From an uncultured Candidatus Saccharibacteria bacterium (GTDB lineage Bacteria > Patescibacteriota > Minisyncoccia > Phycocordibacterales > DATDWN01), in the NCBI GenBank assembly GCA_964603545.1, contig CAZRVD010000002.1, positions 46,854-110,853 of the forward strand: a stretch of DNA of 64,000 bases, given 5' to 3'. This document shows, one piece after another, positions 63,442-64,000 of the stretch. Within the stretch, counting starts at the first letter, position 1, and every line of letters begins with the position of its first letter. The notes under the pieces are model-generated. The model saw nothing but the letters and a program-made list of their open reading frames with translations. It searched no databases and was not told the DNA's origin. The translations under genes and the position numbers were made by a program.

Positions 63442-64000
63442 ATGTTTAGTTTACTAAAACCTAAAATCGTGGCCAGTGAGTCCGAGATAGAAGAGCTGCT
63501 TTCTCGTGGTATTGAAAATATTTTTCCCAATAAGGACTTTTTAAAATCAAAAATGATGAGAGGGGAAAGGGTTACCTTGTACCTAGGAATAGATCCAACT
63601 GGTCCAAATCTCCACCTAGGACACGTTATACCAATGCTTAAGCTCAGTGGGTTCCAGAAAATGGGGCATCAAATAATTTTACTCATGGGAGATTTTACTG
63701 CCATGATAGGAGATCCAACGGATAAAACCGCAACGCGTAAAAAATTAACAAGAGCAGAAGTTTTGAAGAATTTAAAAAATTATAGGAGACAAGCTTCTAA
63801 GTTTATAAATTTTTCTGGAGGAAACAAGGCGGAGTTCAAATTTAATTCAAAATGGCATGATAAATTAAAGTTTTCTGATGTGCTTGAGTTGTCTTCAAAT
63901 TTTACCGTTCAGCAAATGCTTGAAAGAGAGATGTTTTCTCAAAGAATGAAGGAAGGAAAACCAATAAACCTTTCAGAGTTTATGTACCCTCTCATGCAAG
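63442..64000 (+). CDS. tyrS: Tyrosine--tRNA ligase (3' end beyond window)
   Basis: HIGH-class motif GPNLHLGH. The pattern GDFTAMIGDPTDKTATRK is typical of TyrRS. Confidence 0.8.
   Translation, partial: MFSLLKPKIVASESEIEELLSRGIENIFPNKDFLKSKMMRGERVTLYLGIDPTGPNLHLGHVIPMLKLSGFQKMGHQIILLMGDFTAMIGDPTDKTATRKKLTRAEVLKNLKNYRRQASKFINFSGGNKAEFKFNSKWHDKLKFSDVLELSSNFTVQQMLEREMFSQRMKEGKPINLSEFMYPLMQ

Noticed and set aside
1-64000. CRISPR array / cas genes
   Set aside because: No series of regularly spaced direct repeats and no Cas-like proteins were seen. The TACGAAT arrays are heptamers without spacers.
1-64000. Alternative genetic code (UGA=Gly, as in some CPR lineages)
   Set aside because: Long uninterrupted ORFs of up to 978 aa are obtained with standard stops. 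Conserved genes such as dnaA, pgk and clpP end at TAA, TAG or TGA positions consistent with code 11. The one in-frame stop found in VirB4 is TAA, not TGA.

Overview
The window is ~64 kb of an AT-rich, gene-dense bacterial chromosome with short intergenic spacers and few canonical Shine-Dalgarno sequences. By eye the GC content is in the mid-30s percent. The gene content points to a reduced-genome CPR/Patescibacteria-like organism, but that placement is an inference: many small secreted or membrane proteins, a type IV pilus operon, a T4SS-like cluster, a short trigger factor, and DnaA/DnaN next to rpmH-rnpA-yidC. Core genes present are recJ (5' partial), a HIT protein, pgk, tpiA, nusA, ppa, tig, rsmE, clpP, rny, hup, cca, xth, a XerC/D-like recombinase, rpsO, comM, pcrA/uvrD, ksgA, yidC, rnpA, rpmH, dnaA, dnaN, a class A PBP and tyrS (3' partial). 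There are five tRNAs: Gly-UCC, Pro-UGG, Gly-GCC, Arg-UCG. The most unusual features are these. (1) A four-gene cohesin-dockerin cluster (21945-28469), flanked by tRNA genes. It encodes a dockerin-bearing multidomain enzyme-like protein, a membrane-anchored cohesin, a cohesin+dockerin adaptor, and a cohesin-FN3 protein. (2) A ~120-nt structured repeat with five full and two minimal copies. Each copy starts exactly at a stop codon, always in the sense orientation of the upstream gene, and the copies show compensatory changes in a hairpin. (3) A T4SS-like cluster with VirB4 ATPase, a VirB6/TrbL-like protein and pilin-like proteins. Its VirB4 is interrupted by a single in-frame TAA. (4) A GC-rich orphan gene (1050-1691) flanked by a 15-bp inverted repeat. 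(5) Two GC-rich, hairpin-dense, probably noncoding segments (11577-11878 and 20190-20575) whose RNA family I could not assign. (6) Two arrays of TACGAAT/ATTCGTA repeats that share a 21-mer, and triple GTTACA-N2-TGTAAC palindromic operators upstream of a YraN-like gene. No rRNA genes and no CRISPR array were seen.
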